A model generated the notes under the pieces. That model did no database searches. It was given only the letters and a program-made list of their open reading frames with translations, and was not told the origin of the DNA. The translations under genes and the position numbers were made by a program. This document shows positions 47,789-57,993 of a DNA stretch of 64,000 bases, one piece after another (within the stretch, counting starts at the first letter, position 1; every line of letters starts with the position of its first letter). Source of the stretch: an uncultured Candidatus Binatia bacterium (lineage in GTDB: Bacteria; Desulfobacterota; Binatia; UBA9968; JAJDTQ01); NCBI GenBank assembly GCA_965221155.1, contig OZ244869.1, positions 4,895,321 to 4,959,320 of the forward strand, in the 5' to 3' direction.

Positions 47789-48886
47789 TCACAGGTAGGC
47801 GGATACCAGAATATCCTCGCCGAGCCGCCTGACCGCCGGGCTCGCAAGGTGCGGGCATTGACGCATTCGCGCTATGCCGAGTTCCCCCACCATGGGCGGC
47901 CCCTCGGCGCCGATGAACTTCGGCGCATAAAAGCACAGCACCTTGTCCACCACCTTCTCCGCGATGGCCCGGCTCGCCGTCACCGCGCCTCCCTCCACCA
48001 TGACGCTGAGCACCCCCAGGCGACCCAGCTTTCGAAGCACGCGCCTGAACGAGATCCGGCCCTGCCTCACGGGGAAGCTCCACACCTGGACTCCCAGGTC
48101 TTCGAGCCGCTTTCTCCGAGCCGCCGGAACGCCGTTGCCGGTGACCAGTACGGTCTTCTCGGGCTGTTGCTGGTTGACCAGCTTGGCAGTGACCGGCGTC
48201 CGCAGCCGGCCATCCAGCACGATGCGCCAAGGGTCCCGTCCCCCCGGCAGCCGGCAGGTCAGTTGCGGATCATCCGCCAACACGGTGCCCGAGCCCACCA
48301 GCACGGCATCATACTCGTTGCGCAGCCGATGGACGTACTTCCGTGCGGCCGGTCCCGTCACCCATCTGGAGTCTCCGGTGGCGGTGGCGATCCTGCCGTC
48401 CAGGGAGGCCGCCAACTTGAGCGTGACGAAGGGAAGCCCTTGAGTGACGTGCTTGACGAAGGCCTCGTTCAGCCGGCGGCATTCCTGCTCCCGCACCGGC
48501 ACGTCGACCCGAACACCGGCCTCCCTGAGTGCGCTCACCCCGCGGCCGGCCACCAGGGGATTGGGGTCCACCATCCCCGCCACCACCCGCCTGACGCCCG
48601 CGTCGAGGACCGCCCTGGCACACGGGGGCGTGCGGCCGAAATGGCTGCAAGGCTCCAGATTGACGTAGAGCGTGGCGCCGCGGGCCGCGTCACCCGCCTT
48701 TCGGAGCGCCACCACCTCCGCGTGATCATCGCCGGCCCGGGCATGATAACCGCGCCCCACGATGCGGCCGTCCCGCACCACCACCGCTCCCACCATGGGG
48801 TTCGGACTGGTCCGGCCCGCGGCCCTGCGCGCCAGTTTCAGGGCCGCCTTCATGTAAACCTGATCGCTGTCCTGGGAGACGTTCAT
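47789..48886 (-). CDS. ribD: bifunctional riboflavin deaminase/reductase RibD
   Basis: Track ORF trimmed to MNVSQDSDQVYMKAALKLA (the start could also be the MKAALKLA codon). HAEVVAL and LEPCSHFGRTPPC zinc motifs. Confidence 0.85.
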   Translation of the reverse strand: MNVSQDSDQVYMKAALKLARRAAGRTSPNPMVGAVVVRDGRIVGRGYHARAGDDHAEVVALRKAGDAARGATLYVNLEPCSHFGRTPPCARAVLDAGVRRVVAGMVDPNPLVAGRGVSALREAGVRVDVPVREQECRRLNEAFVKHVTQGLPFVTLKLAASLDGRIATATGDSRWVTGPAARKYVHRLRNEYDAVLVGSGTVLADDPQLTCRLPGGRDPWRIVLDGRLRTPVTAKLVNQQQPEKTVLVTGNGVPAARRKRLEDLGVQVWSFPVRQGRISFRRVLRKLGRLGVLSVMVEGGAVTASRAIAEKVVDKVLCFYAPKFIGAEGPPMVGELGIARMRQCPHLASPAVRRLGEDILVSAYL

Positions 48887-48920
48887 CCCTTTGTCGAGGG
48901 AGCCGGCCTCGTTCCGTCCC

Positions 48921-49040
48921 AAATTTAACCCCTCTCCCTCTGGGAGAGGGTGGCCGAAGGCCGGGTGAGGGCGCCACAACAACTCTGCCCGCTCCGAAGC
49001 ACCCTCACCCCGACCCTCTCCCGGAGGGAGAGGGGGTCGG
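48921..49040. repeat. two CCCTCTCCC...GGGAGAGGG-type hairpins between nrdR and ribD; the first is followed by an AT-rich tail (terminator-like)
   Basis: cccctctccctctgggagaggg...gttaaattt on the minus strand; and gaccctctcccggagggagagggggtc. A third family member is at 51196-51228. Confidence 0.4.
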
Positions 49041-49568
49041 AGGGCTAACGGCCCGCGGGGTCTTCCGTCGCGCCTTCCGTGCAGTCCCCACGGCCGGGGC
49101 CACAGTCCGTTGCTTTCGCTCGTGGAGCAGGTCCTCCAACTCCACCATGAACTCGTCCAGGTCCTTGAAAGAGCGGTAGACCGAGGCGAATCGCACATAG
49201 GCGACCGTGTCGGTATCGTGAAGCTCGCGCATCGCGGCCTCGCCGACAATCGAGCCCGGTATCTCCTTCTCCCCTCGTTCCTGGATCCCGCGCTCGATGC
49301 GGTCGGCGATGGCCTCGATGGCGTCCATGCTGACGGGGCGTTTCTGGCAGGCGCGCTTCAGGCCGTTGATGATCTTCAGCCGGTCGAACGCCTCGCGCCG
49401 TCCGTCCTTCTTCACCACCATGGGCATGGCTTCTTCCACCCGCTCGTAGGTGGTGAAGCGACGCGAGCACGCGATGCATTCCCGGCGCCGCCGGATCATC
49501 TCCCCGTCTTTCCCGAGACGGGAATCGATGACGTGATTATTGGACTGGCGGCAAAAAGGGCATTTCAT
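49005..49568 (-). CDS. nrdR: transcriptional repressor NrdR with C-terminal extension
   Basis: [17 protein letters not shown] zinc ribbon plus ATP-cone; ~35-aa basic C-terminal tail. Confidence 0.85.
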   Translation of the reverse strand: MKCPFCRQSNNHVIDSRLGKDGEMIRRRRECIACSRRFTTYERVEEAMPMVVKKDGRREAFDRLKIINGLKRACQKRPVSMDAIEAIADRIERGIQERGEKEIPGSIVGEAAMRELHDTDTVAYVRFASVYRSFKDLDEFMVELEDLLHERKQRTVAPAVGTARKARRKTPRAVSPPTPSPSGRGSG

Positions 49569-49616
49569 GGCATGCCTGACGGTTCCGGGACGTGGAGGCC
49601 CGGCAGCGCCCCGCTG

Positions 49617-50884
<1,268 letters not shown>

Positions 50885-50888
<4 letters not shown>

Positions 50889-51121
50889 CGATGACTTTCG
50901 ATGTACGCGATGACGTCGTGGACGGTCTTGATCTTCTCGGCGTCTTCGTCGGAGATCTCCATCTCGTATTCTTCTTCCAACGCCATCACCAACTCGACGA
51001 TGTCCAACGAATCGGCTCCCAGGTCCTCGATGAACGAAGCTTCGGGGCTGACTTCACCGTCGCTCACTCCCAGTTGTTCGCATATGATTTCCTTGACCCT
51101 CGCTTCCACTTCCGTTGCCAT
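50885..51121 (-). CDS. acpP: acyl carrier protein
   Basis: Track ORF trimmed to [12 protein letters not shown]. Phosphopantetheine site [19 protein letters not shown]. Confidence 0.9.
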
Positions 51122-51195
51122 ACCGTACCTCCTGTCTCGTATCACTAGTGCTGCGTTCCGAATATCGGGCGACCTTGAAGGCACCGGGCACCCAC

Positions 51196-51228
51196 ACCCC
51201 TCCCTCTCCCAGAGGGAGGGGTGTGAAA
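51196..51228. repeat. 13-bp-stem hairpin CACCCCTCCCTCT-ccc-AGAGGGAGGGGTG between fabG and acpP
   Basis: Read directly. Possible attenuator, analogous to the fabG-acpP intergenic structure of E. coli. Confidence 0.4.
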
Positions 51229-51256
51229 CCAACCTCGCGACAACCCGGTCCTGGGG

Positions 51257-52009
51257 TCACATGTACAGGCCGCCGTTGACGCCGATGGTCTGTCCGGTAA
51301 TGTATTGGCCCCCCGGACCTACCAGAAACGCCACCGTCTGAGCTACATCGTCGCTACTGCCGAAACGACCCAAGGGGATCGCGTCAAGATACTTGCTCCG
51401 GGTGTCCGCGTCCAGGCTCGCCATCATCTCCGTTTCGATGAAACCGGGAGCGACCGCATTGACGGTAATCCCGCGTGACGCCAGTTCGCGGGCCATGGAT
51501 TTGGTAAATCCCACGATGCCCGCCTTGGAAGCGGCATATACGGACTGTCCAACGTTACCCATTTGTCCGGCCACCGAGGTCAGATTGATGATCCGGCCGT
51601 GCCGCTGTCGAATCATCCTCCGGCTGGCTGCCTTGGTGCAGTGGAAAACACCCCGGAGGTTGACGTCGATGATCCTATCCCAATCGGGAGCCCGTTGGCG
51701 CAGCAGTAGACCATCGACAGTGATCCCCGCATTGTTAACTAAAATATCAATTTTATCATACTGGTCAACGACATTCTTGACGGCATCCTCGACCTGATCC
51801 TGCCGGGCGACGTCAAACGGCGACAGCTCGGCGCGGCCGTTGCCGCCCAGGACCTGCTCCAGGACATCCTGTGCCGCTTCCCGGTTCTCCCGGTAGTTGA
51901 TGATCACCCTGGCTCCAAGACGAGCCAGACACAGGACGATCTCCCGTCCAATGCCCCTGCTGCCGCCCGTCACCAGCGCCACCTTGTCCGCCAGTGGTCC
52001 CGCGGCCAT
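51257..52009 (-). CDS. fabG: 3-oxoacyl-ACP reductase
   Basis: Trimmed to MAAGPLADKVALVTGGSRGIGREI; catalytic YAASKAG. Confidence 0.9.
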   Translation of the reverse strand: MAAGPLADKVALVTGGSRGIGREIVLCLARLGARVIINYRENREAAQDVLEQVLGGNGRAELSPFDVARQDQVEDAVKNVVDQYDKIDILVNNAGITVDGLLLRQRAPDWDRIIDVNLRGVFHCTKAASRRMIRQRHGRIINLTSVAGQMGNVGQSVYAASKAGIVGFTKSMARELASRGITVNAVAPGFIETEMMASLDADTRSKYLDAIPLGRFGSSDDVAQTVAFLVGPGGQYITGQTIGVNGGLYM

Positions 52010-52011
52010 GG

Positions 52012-52959
52012 TCAGACTCCCAACTCCGGCAGGAGCTTGTCCAAGTCCTCGGGCTTTTCCAGATTGAGGGTGCTCATCCGCCGATCGATCCGTCTCACGA
52101 GCCCGGACAAGACCCTCCCCGGACCCAACTCGATCACGCGCTCGCAGCCAAGCCCGGCCAGGACCTTCATGGACTCCTCCCACCGAACCGCCGCCACCAC
52201 CTGCTCGACCAGAAGCGGCTTGACGCGCTCCGGGTCGGAGTTCAAGGCCGCCTCCACGTTGGTGATGACGCCCGCCCGGAACGGCAGTACCTCGACGCTC
52301 GCCAGCACCGCCCGCAGCCCCTCCGCCGCCGGTTTCATCAGCGCGCAGTGGAACGGAGCGCTCACCGCCAACTCCACCACTTTCCTCGCGCCCCGGTCGC
52401 GGGCCAGTTGCACCGCTCGCCGGACCGCCTCGCGGGCGCCGGAAATGACCACCTGTCCGCCGCCGTTCAGGTTGGCTGGAGCCGCCACCTCACCCTGCCC
52501 GGCGATTTCGCAAACCTCACGCACCGCCGCCGCCTCGAGCCCGAGGATCGCGGCCATGCTCCCCTCTCCCTCGGGTACGGCCTGCTGCATCAGGCGGCCC
52601 CGCTCCCGGACCACCTTGACCGCGTCCGCCAACGCGAGGGCCCCCGCGGCGACCAGGGCGCTGTATTCGCCGAGGCTGTGTCCGGCGACCCACGCGGGCC
52701 CGTGGGTACCATGGCCTTGCAGCACCCGGAGCGCGGCTACCGATACCACCAATACCGCCGGCTGAGTGTTTTCCGTCCGGTTCAGATCGGCGTCCGGGCC
52801 GCCAAAGCAAAGCTCGCGGAGGTCCAGGCCCAACGCGTCCTCCGCTTCCTCGAAGACCGCGCGCGCTTCCGGGAACCGGTCACACAGGCCTCTTCCCATG
52901 CCCACGTGCTGTGAGCCCTGGCCCGGAAAAACGAACGCGGTGCCGTTTCGGTCCGTCAT
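52012..52959 (-). CDS. fabD: malonyl-CoA:ACP transacylase
   Basis: FVFPGQGSQHVGMG; GHSLGEYSALV. Confidence 0.9.
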   Translation of the reverse strand: MTDRNGTAFVFPGQGSQHVGMGRGLCDRFPEARAVFEEAEDALGLDLRELCFGGPDADLNRTENTQPAVLVVSVAALRVLQGHGTHGPAWVAGHSLGEYSALVAAGALALADAVKVVRERGRLMQQAVPEGEGSMAAILGLEAAAVREVCEIAGQGEVAAPANLNGGGQVVISGAREAVRRAVQLARDRGARKVVELAVSAPFHCALMKPAAEGLRAVLASVEVLPFRAGVITNVEAALNSDPERVKPLLVEQVVAAVRWEESMKVLAGLGCERVIELGPGRVLSGLVRRIDRRMSTLNLEKPEDLDKLLPELGV

Positions 52960-53951
52960 CAGTCTCGTTTGGCCAACGCACTCGCGATATACCCGTTGAT
53001 GTCCTGTGAAACGGCTTCAGCCGCTACCCGGACGGCATTCTTGATGGCCTCGGCCGAGGAACCTCCGTGGGCCACGATGGCGACGCCGTTCAAACCCATC
53101 AAGGGTGCTCCACCGTAATGCGCGTAGTCGAGGCGGTCATAGGCTTGTCTGATGGCGCCCCGGCAGAAAAGATAGCCCACCCGGCTCAATAGGCTGGCCC
53201 GGAATGCTCCCTTCAGGACCGAGGAAACGAACTGCCCGAGTCCTTCCATGGTCTTCAACGCCACGTTGCCCGTGAAACCGTCACAGACCACCACGTCCAC
53301 GCGGCCGTTGGTGATGTCCCGCCCTTCCACGTGACCCATGAAGTTCAACTCCGTGGAGCGCAACTCACGGACCGCCTCGCGCGTGAGGTCATTGCCCTTG
53401 CCGTCCTCTTCGCCGTTGCTCAGGACGCCCACGCGCGGGTTTGCGTGACCCAGGATCTTCTCCGCGTAGATGGCGCCCATGTGCGCGAACTGGACCAACT
53501 GCCGCGGCTTGCAGTCCGTGTTGGCGCCCCCGTCCAGGAGCACCGTCCCCCCGGACATCGAGGGGGTCACCGTCAGGATCGCCGGGCGGTCCACTCCCGG
53601 CAATCGGCCGAGCACGAACATGCCGATGGCCAGCATGGCTCCGGAATTCCCGGCGCTCACCAACGCGTCACCCTCACCGGCCTTCAACCGGTCAAAGGCC
53701 ACTCTCATGGAAGAAGCCTTCTGTTTCAGCGCGCGGCTCGGCGAGTCGTGCATGTCGATGGTGCAGGCAGCGGGGAGGACACGTACGGCTGACGGGTTGA
53801 ACTTGTGACGCGACAACTCGGACTCCACGGCGTCCGATTGGCTTATCAGGGTGACCTCCACGCCGTATTCTTCCGCGGCCCGGAGGGCACCCGCTACGAC
53901 AACGCCCGGGCCGTGGTCACCGCCCATCGCGTCAACGATAATCCGCCGCAT
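52959..53951 (-). CDS. plsX: phosphate acyltransferase PlsX
   Basis: Track ORF 52959..54086 runs into the MITE. True start MRRIIVDAMGGDHGPG (53949-53951). Confidence 0.85.
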   Translation of the reverse strand: MRRIIVDAMGGDHGPGVVVAGALRAAEEYGVEVTLISQSDAVESELSRHKFNPSAVRVLPAACTIDMHDSPSRALKQKASSMRVAFDRLKAGEGDALVSAGNSGAMLAIGMFVLGRLPGVDRPAILTVTPSMSGGTVLLDGGANTDCKPRQLVQFAHMGAIYAEKILGHANPRVGVLSNGEEDGKGNDLTREAVRELRSTELNFMGHVEGRDITNGRVDVVVCDGFTGNVALKTMEGLGQFVSSVLKGAFRASLLSRVGYLFCRGAIRQAYDRLDYAHYGGAPLMGLNGVAIVAHGGSSAEAIKNAVRVAAEAVSQDINGYIASALAKRD

Positions 53952-53973
53952 CACGGACAAAGAGAAGGCAACG

Positions 53974-54186
53974 TTAGTGTCGTGTCCCACATAAGAGTTG
54001 ACAAATCTGCTGGTCTTTTTCGCCGTCGGCCGCGTTGCTCTTCCTCGCGTGGTAACGGCCACTGCTCGTCCTGAGCCCTTCGACAAGGCTCAGGACAGGC
54101 TTCGCGCAGCGAAGTCGAAGGACGCCTTGCCGACAACGAAAAAACCTGCGCATCTTTGTCAACTCTTATGTGGGACACGACACTAG
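53974..54186. mobile_element. MITE copy 3 (~213 bp) filling the entire rpmF-plsX intergenic region
   Basis: Termini TA|GTGTCGTGTCCCAC ... GTGGGACACGACAC|TA. Centre is a third distinct hairpin (cgtcctgagcc...ggctcaggacag). The terminal TAG serves as the rpmF stop codon. Confidence 0.75.
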
Positions 54187-54365
54187 GCTTCCTCGCCGGG
54201 TGTCACGGAACGGGCCTTGTAGTAGCCGCAGCCGGCACAGACTCTGTGCCTCAGGGTCGCTGCGCCACAGCGCGAACACGTTACCCACTGAGGGGCGGCA
54301 ATAGCGTCATGAGAGCGGCGCTTGTTTCTCTTGCTGTTGGAGGTTCTTCTCTTGGGTACGGGCAT
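54183..54365 (-). CDS. rpmF: 50S ribosomal protein L32
   Basis: MPVPKRRTSNSKRNKRRSH...CSRCGAATLRHRVCAGCGYY. Confidence 0.9.
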   Translation of the reverse strand: MPVPKRRTSNSKRNKRRSHDAIAAPQWVTCSRCGAATLRHRVCAGCGYYKARSVTPGEEA

Positions 54366-54387
54366 GTCTGATATCCGTCCTGCCTGT

Positions 54388-54966
54388 TCATTTCTGCCGA
54401 TTCGCCGGCCTTACCGGGTCCAATCGGAGGTTACGGAAAACGGCCATGCGGGGGTCCCCCGGCAACGTGCACCCGCAGCCAATCCGGTTCAACTCGGCAC
54501 CGCAACCGGGGCACAGGCCACGACAGCCTTCGCTGCACAGCGGCCGGAGGGGCAGGGCGAGTAAGGTTTGCTCACGGACGTAGGGCGAGAGGTCGATATC
54601 CTCCCCGGAGTAGAAACTCAAACCCATTTCGTCCGCCGTGAGTTCCATGTTTTTATTAGTCGGAAGGGGTTCCGGGGTCAACACGAAGTCGAAAGATTTT
54701 TCGATAACGAGCGGGATGCTCTCCAGACAACGGCTGCAGTCCCCTTCCGCCTCCCCCTTCAGGCCGCCATGGAAAAAGATCTCTTGGCCGGACCGGTAAC
54801 AGGTCACTTGCACGTGGATCGGCGCAGGAAAGCGTACCGCCCCCGAGAGTCCATCCTGGTCGATGTCGGGTATCTCGGAGAAACGGCTTTCCCTGGGTAC
54901 GGTGTCGATCCGGTTCAGGGGAATTCTCAAGGCGGCTCCAGTTACCGACATCTTCTTACCCGGCAA
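54388..54966 (-). CDS. yceD: YceD/DUF177 family protein
   Basis: Conserved yceD-rpmF-plsX context. Cys cluster CSEGCRGLCPGCG. Confidence 0.7.
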   Translation of the reverse strand: MPGKKMSVTGAALRIPLNRIDTVPRESRFSEIPDIDQDGLSGAVRFPAPIHVQVTCYRSGQEIFFHGGLKGEAEGDCSRCLESIPLVIEKSFDFVLTPEPLPTNKNMELTADEMGLSFYSGEDIDLSPYVREQTLLALPLRPLCSEGCRGLCPGCGAELNRIGCGCTLPGDPRMAVFRNLRLDPVRPANRQK

Positions 54967-55058
54967 ATGCCGCCCTTGTCAACGTGGAGTCTCCGGCAGG
55001 GACACGGGCTAACACCTTGTGAACGCGGACTGTTTCTGTTAACGCAAGAGGCCGTGGG

Positions 55059-56063
55059 TTGCCTGGACTATCTTGGAAGGCTGGAATCGGACCGCTCATT
55101 CGTCGTCCCCCGAACGGGGGAACCCGTCGGAGGCAGGGCGTGAACGCGCGGTTGGGCTTGCTACATGCCGTTCTGCCGGCCACGGTCGATCTCAGTTCCA
55201 AGGTGCCGGCGAGTCATCCGTCCGCACGGAACCTGGGCACCGAGAGAATGGGCTCCGGGACCATCGTCGATCCCACGGGCACCATCCTGACCGTCAACTA
55301 CGTCGTCAACGGAGCCGAAGCCATCACCGTCACGCTGTCGGACGGGAAGGAATACCCTGGCCGTCTCACGGCACAGGACTTCGACTCCGGTCTTGCCCTG
55401 GTCAACATCGACGCCGTGGATCTCCCGTACCTCCGCCCGGCCGAGACCGTCACCGTAGGCCAGCCGGCGTTCATGGTCGCCAGCAGCGGGCAGCAATCCC
55501 GACGGGTCAGTGACGGCGGCGTCACCTCCCTCGAGGGTTACGACGGACAGTGGGAATACCTGCTTGAACGATCCATCCGGTTAAGCGCCTTCAATCCCGG
55601 CTTCGGCGGCGGCACGCTGGCCGACTCCCGGGGCCGCCTCATGGGGGTGGTGTCCCTGAATCTGAACGAGATCGGCAAGTTCACGTTGGCGATCCCGGTG
55701 GAATACTACCTTCGAGACGCGGATGAGTTGAAACGGTTCGGGCGGGTCCGCAGCCGACCGCCTCGCCCCTGGCTCGGCCTCTACCCTCAAGCTCTGGGAG
55801 GGCACGTGGTCGTCACCGGGGTCACACCGTCGGGGCCCGCCGAGAAGTCCGGCCTGAAACAGGGTGACATCATCCTCACGGTCGAGGGCCAGGAAGTGCA
55901 GACGCGCCCCCAACTCTACCGGGAAGTCTGGAAGAAACACGCCGGGGACGCCATCACCTTCCACGTGATCCGGGGAGACGGTTCACTGGACGTCCAGGTG
56001 GCCAGCGGCGACCGCTGGGACTTCAACCAGTCCAACCCGCCAGGCGGAAAAGCCGGCAACTGA
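55059..56063 (+). CDS. HtrA/DegP-like trypsin-fold protein with one PDZ domain; catalytic His and Ser substituted (likely pseudo-protease); start uncertain
   Basis: LTVNYVVNG where S1C proteases have TNNHVV. Asp retained (DSGLALVNI). GFGGGTL where GNSGGAL is expected. PDZ: VVVTGVTPSGPAEKSGLKQGDIIL. No obvious signal peptide. Confidence 0.55.
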   Translation: MPGLSWKAGIGPLIRRPPNGGTRRRQGVNARLGLLHAVLPATVDLSSKVPASHPSARNLGTERMGSGTIVDPTGTILTVNYVVNGAEAITVTLSDGKEYPGRLTAQDFDSGLALVNIDAVDLPYLRPAETVTVGQPAFMVASSGQQSRRVSDGGVTSLEGYDGQWEYLLERSIRLSAFNPGFGGGTLADSRGRLMGVVSLNLNEIGKFTLAIPVEYYLRDADELKRFGRVRSRPPRPWLGLYPQALGGHVVVTGVTPSGPAEKSGLKQGDIILTVEGQEVQTRPQLYREVWKKHAGDAITFHVIRGDGSLDVQVASGDRWDFNQSNPPGGKAGN

Positions 56064-56068
56064 CCCGC

Positions 56069-56473
56069 GTGAAGCACGTCACCACTTATCGGGTCATCTA
56101 TGGCGACACGGACCAGATGGGGGTGGCCTACTACGCCAACTATCTCCGGTGGTTCGAGATCGGCAGGACCGAGTTCATGCGTGAGGCCGGGATACCCTAC
56201 GAGCGGGCGGAACGGGAGGGGATCTTTTTCCCGGTCACCGAAGTACAGTGCCGTTACCGCAAACCGGCCCTCTACGACAACCTGCTCCGGATCGAGACGA
56301 CCGTCGAATCCCTGAGCCGCGTGGCGCTGAAATTCCACTATTGGATCGGCCTCGAAGGAACCCGCGTCACCCTCGCGTCAGGTTGGACGAAACACGCCTG
56401 TCTCGACCGCGACCGCAAGGTGACCAGGCTGCCCGGCGCGTATGCACTGGCGTTGGGATTGAACCCCGGGTAG
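56069..56473 (+). CDS. acyl-CoA thioesterase (4HBT/YbgC-like)
   Basis: YRVIYGDTDQMGVAYYANYLRWFEIGRTEFMREAG. Confidence 0.75.
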   Translation: MKHVTTYRVIYGDTDQMGVAYYANYLRWFEIGRTEFMREAGIPYERAEREGIFFPVTEVQCRYRKPALYDNLLRIETTVESLSRVALKFHYWIGLEGTRVTLASGWTKHACLDRDRKVTRLPGAYALALGLNPG

Positions 56474-56485
56474 GGACCCGCAACA

Positions 56486-56563
56486 CGGGCGGGTTTGAAA
56501 CCCGCCCCCTACAAATCGTCGGCAGGGCGCGGTGACCATGTAGGGACGGGTTTCAAACCCGCC
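56486..56563. repeat. inverted REP doublet (REPIN-like), ~35-bp spacer
   Basis: GGGCGGGTTTGAAACCCGCCCcctacaaatcg ... catgtagGGACGGGTTTCAAACCCGCCC. Confidence 0.8.
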
Positions 56564-56578
56564 CGCGCCTGCAACGCG

Positions 56579-57922
56579 CTACCGATCGTCCGAAGCGGCA
56601 GAGTTCTCTCCCGCGGCACCGACACCGCAATACGTCTCCGCCACCTGCCGCAACAGTGCGATATTGTCCGTATGACCGGTCATATTCGCCGTCACGCGGC
56701 CGCGTACGGGCCGGCCGATGAGTGAGAAGTCCCCGACGATATCCAGGATCTTGTGACGCACGAACTCATCATCGAATCGGAGGGTCGTGTTGATCACCTT
56801 CTCGTCGTCGATGAGGATGCAGTTGCCGAGCCGGCCGCCCTTGATCAGTCCCAGCCGCTCGAGTTTCTCGAAATCACGCAGGAAACCGAAAGTCCGAGCC
56901 GGAGCGATCTCGTCACGGAACGAGTCCGCCCCCTTGTAGACATACGTGTACTCCTGCGTTCCCACGGGGCTTGGATACCGCAGCCGATAGTGAACGGTGA
57001 AGCCGTCCGCCGGCTCGATGATGATCTCCTCTTCCCCGTCCCCAACGACGCGAAGGGTCCGGTCGATGACGATCTCCGGGCGCTTTCCCTGCTGCTCTTC
57101 CACGCCGGCTTCCTCGATCAACCGGCAGAACTCGATGGCGGAACCGTCCATGATGGGAATCTCGCCATACATCTTGATCAGCAGGTTCGTGATCCCGTAC
57201 GAGTGGAGCGCCGCCAACAGGTGCTCCACCGTCCCCACCACCACGCCGTCCCGCTGCAGCGAGGTGGCGAAATCAGTGGAGCGTACGTAGTCCAAATGGG
57301 CAGGGACCGTGGCATCGGCGGAGATTCCGCCGAAATGGATACCGCTGTTCTCCGGCAAAGGGTGCAGAATAACGCCCGTGCTGACACCCGAATGCAGCCC
57401 CAGACCGCATGCCACCACGCTTTTCTTGAGGGTCCTTTGCGGCACGCCGCTGCCGCCGTTGCCATGGAAGCCGGACTGGTATGCCGGCTGCCCGACGCCG
57501 CCGCTTCCGGGCGCTTGGAGCCTCTCCTCGCTGGTCGAGGCCTCTCGCCTCGCGTCACCGCAAGCCCGCTCGATGGTGGCCAGCAAGCCGTCCAGGGACA
57601 GCGGCTTTTCGATAAAATCAAAAGCCCCGAGCTTGGTCGCCGTCACCGCCGTGTGGATGCTCCCGTGGCCGGAGATCATGATGACTCGGGCCTCCGGATG
57701 CTCCCGCCGAATCTGCTTGAGAAGCCCGATCCCGTCCATTTCGGGCATCCAGACGTCCAGGAGGATGACGTCGGGAGCTTCTTTCGCTACCAGGCTCATG
57801 ACTTCCGACCCGTCCAGGGCCGCGATCACGCGGTAGCCCTCGTCCGTGAGAATCTCCCGCACGGTTTCGCGAATGACGTCCTCGTCGTCCACGACCAGCA
57901 CGGTTCGTTGCACTGACTGCAT
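56579..57922 (-). CDS. lpxC: response-regulator receiver domain fused to UDP-3-O-acyl-N-acetylglucosamine deacetylase (REC::LpxC)
   Basis: Residues 1-120 form a CheY-like REC (VLVVDDEDV; ILLDVWMPEMDG; MISGHGS; DFIEKP). A Gly/Ser-rich linker follows. From RTLKKSVVACGLGLHSG onward it is a full LpxC (TVEHLLAALHSYGITNL; IPIMDGSA; ARTFGFLRDFEKL; DEFVRHKILDIVGDF; GHTDN). Confidence 0.8.
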   Translation of the reverse strand: MQSVQRTVLVVDDEDVIRETVREILTDEGYRVIAALDGSEVMSLVAKEAPDVILLDVWMPEMDGIGLLKQIRREHPEARVIMISGHGSIHTAVTATKLGAFDFIEKPLSLDGLLATIERACGDARREASTSEERLQAPGSGGVGQPAYQSGFHGNGGSGVPQRTLKKSVVACGLGLHSGVSTGVILHPLPENSGIHFGGISADATVPAHLDYVRSTDFATSLQRDGVVVGTVEHLLAALHSYGITNLLIKMYGEIPIMDGSAIEFCRLIEEAGVEEQQGKRPEIVIDRTLRVVGDGEEEIIIEPADGFTVHYRLRYPSPVGTQEYTYVYKGADSFRDEIAPARTFGFLRDFEKLERLGLIKGGRLGNCILIDDEKVINTTLRFDDEFVRHKILDIVGDFSLIGRPVRGRVTANMTGHTDNIALLRQVAETYCGVGAAGENSAASDDR

Positions 57923-57993
57923 GGTTGCTGGATCCTCCCTGGTCCCTCTTCGTCCGGCGCCGGATACCGGATCTGCGCGGGCATGGCTCCGGC

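Noticed and set aside
47049-49249. Track ORFs 47049..48230(-) and 47789..49249(-) as single large proteins.
   Set aside because: Their N-terminal thirds read through REPs and intergenic hairpins. Conserved RibE and RibD sequence begins at internal Met codons (47660 and 48886).
54967-55058. Short non-coding gaps (54967-55058, 63408-63562, 27019-27088, 38119-38252) checked for tRNA or small RNA genes.
   Set aside because: No cloverleaf-compatible sequence (no GTTCGAATCC-type T-arm or acceptor complementarity) was recognisable. No tRNA or rRNA is evident in the window.
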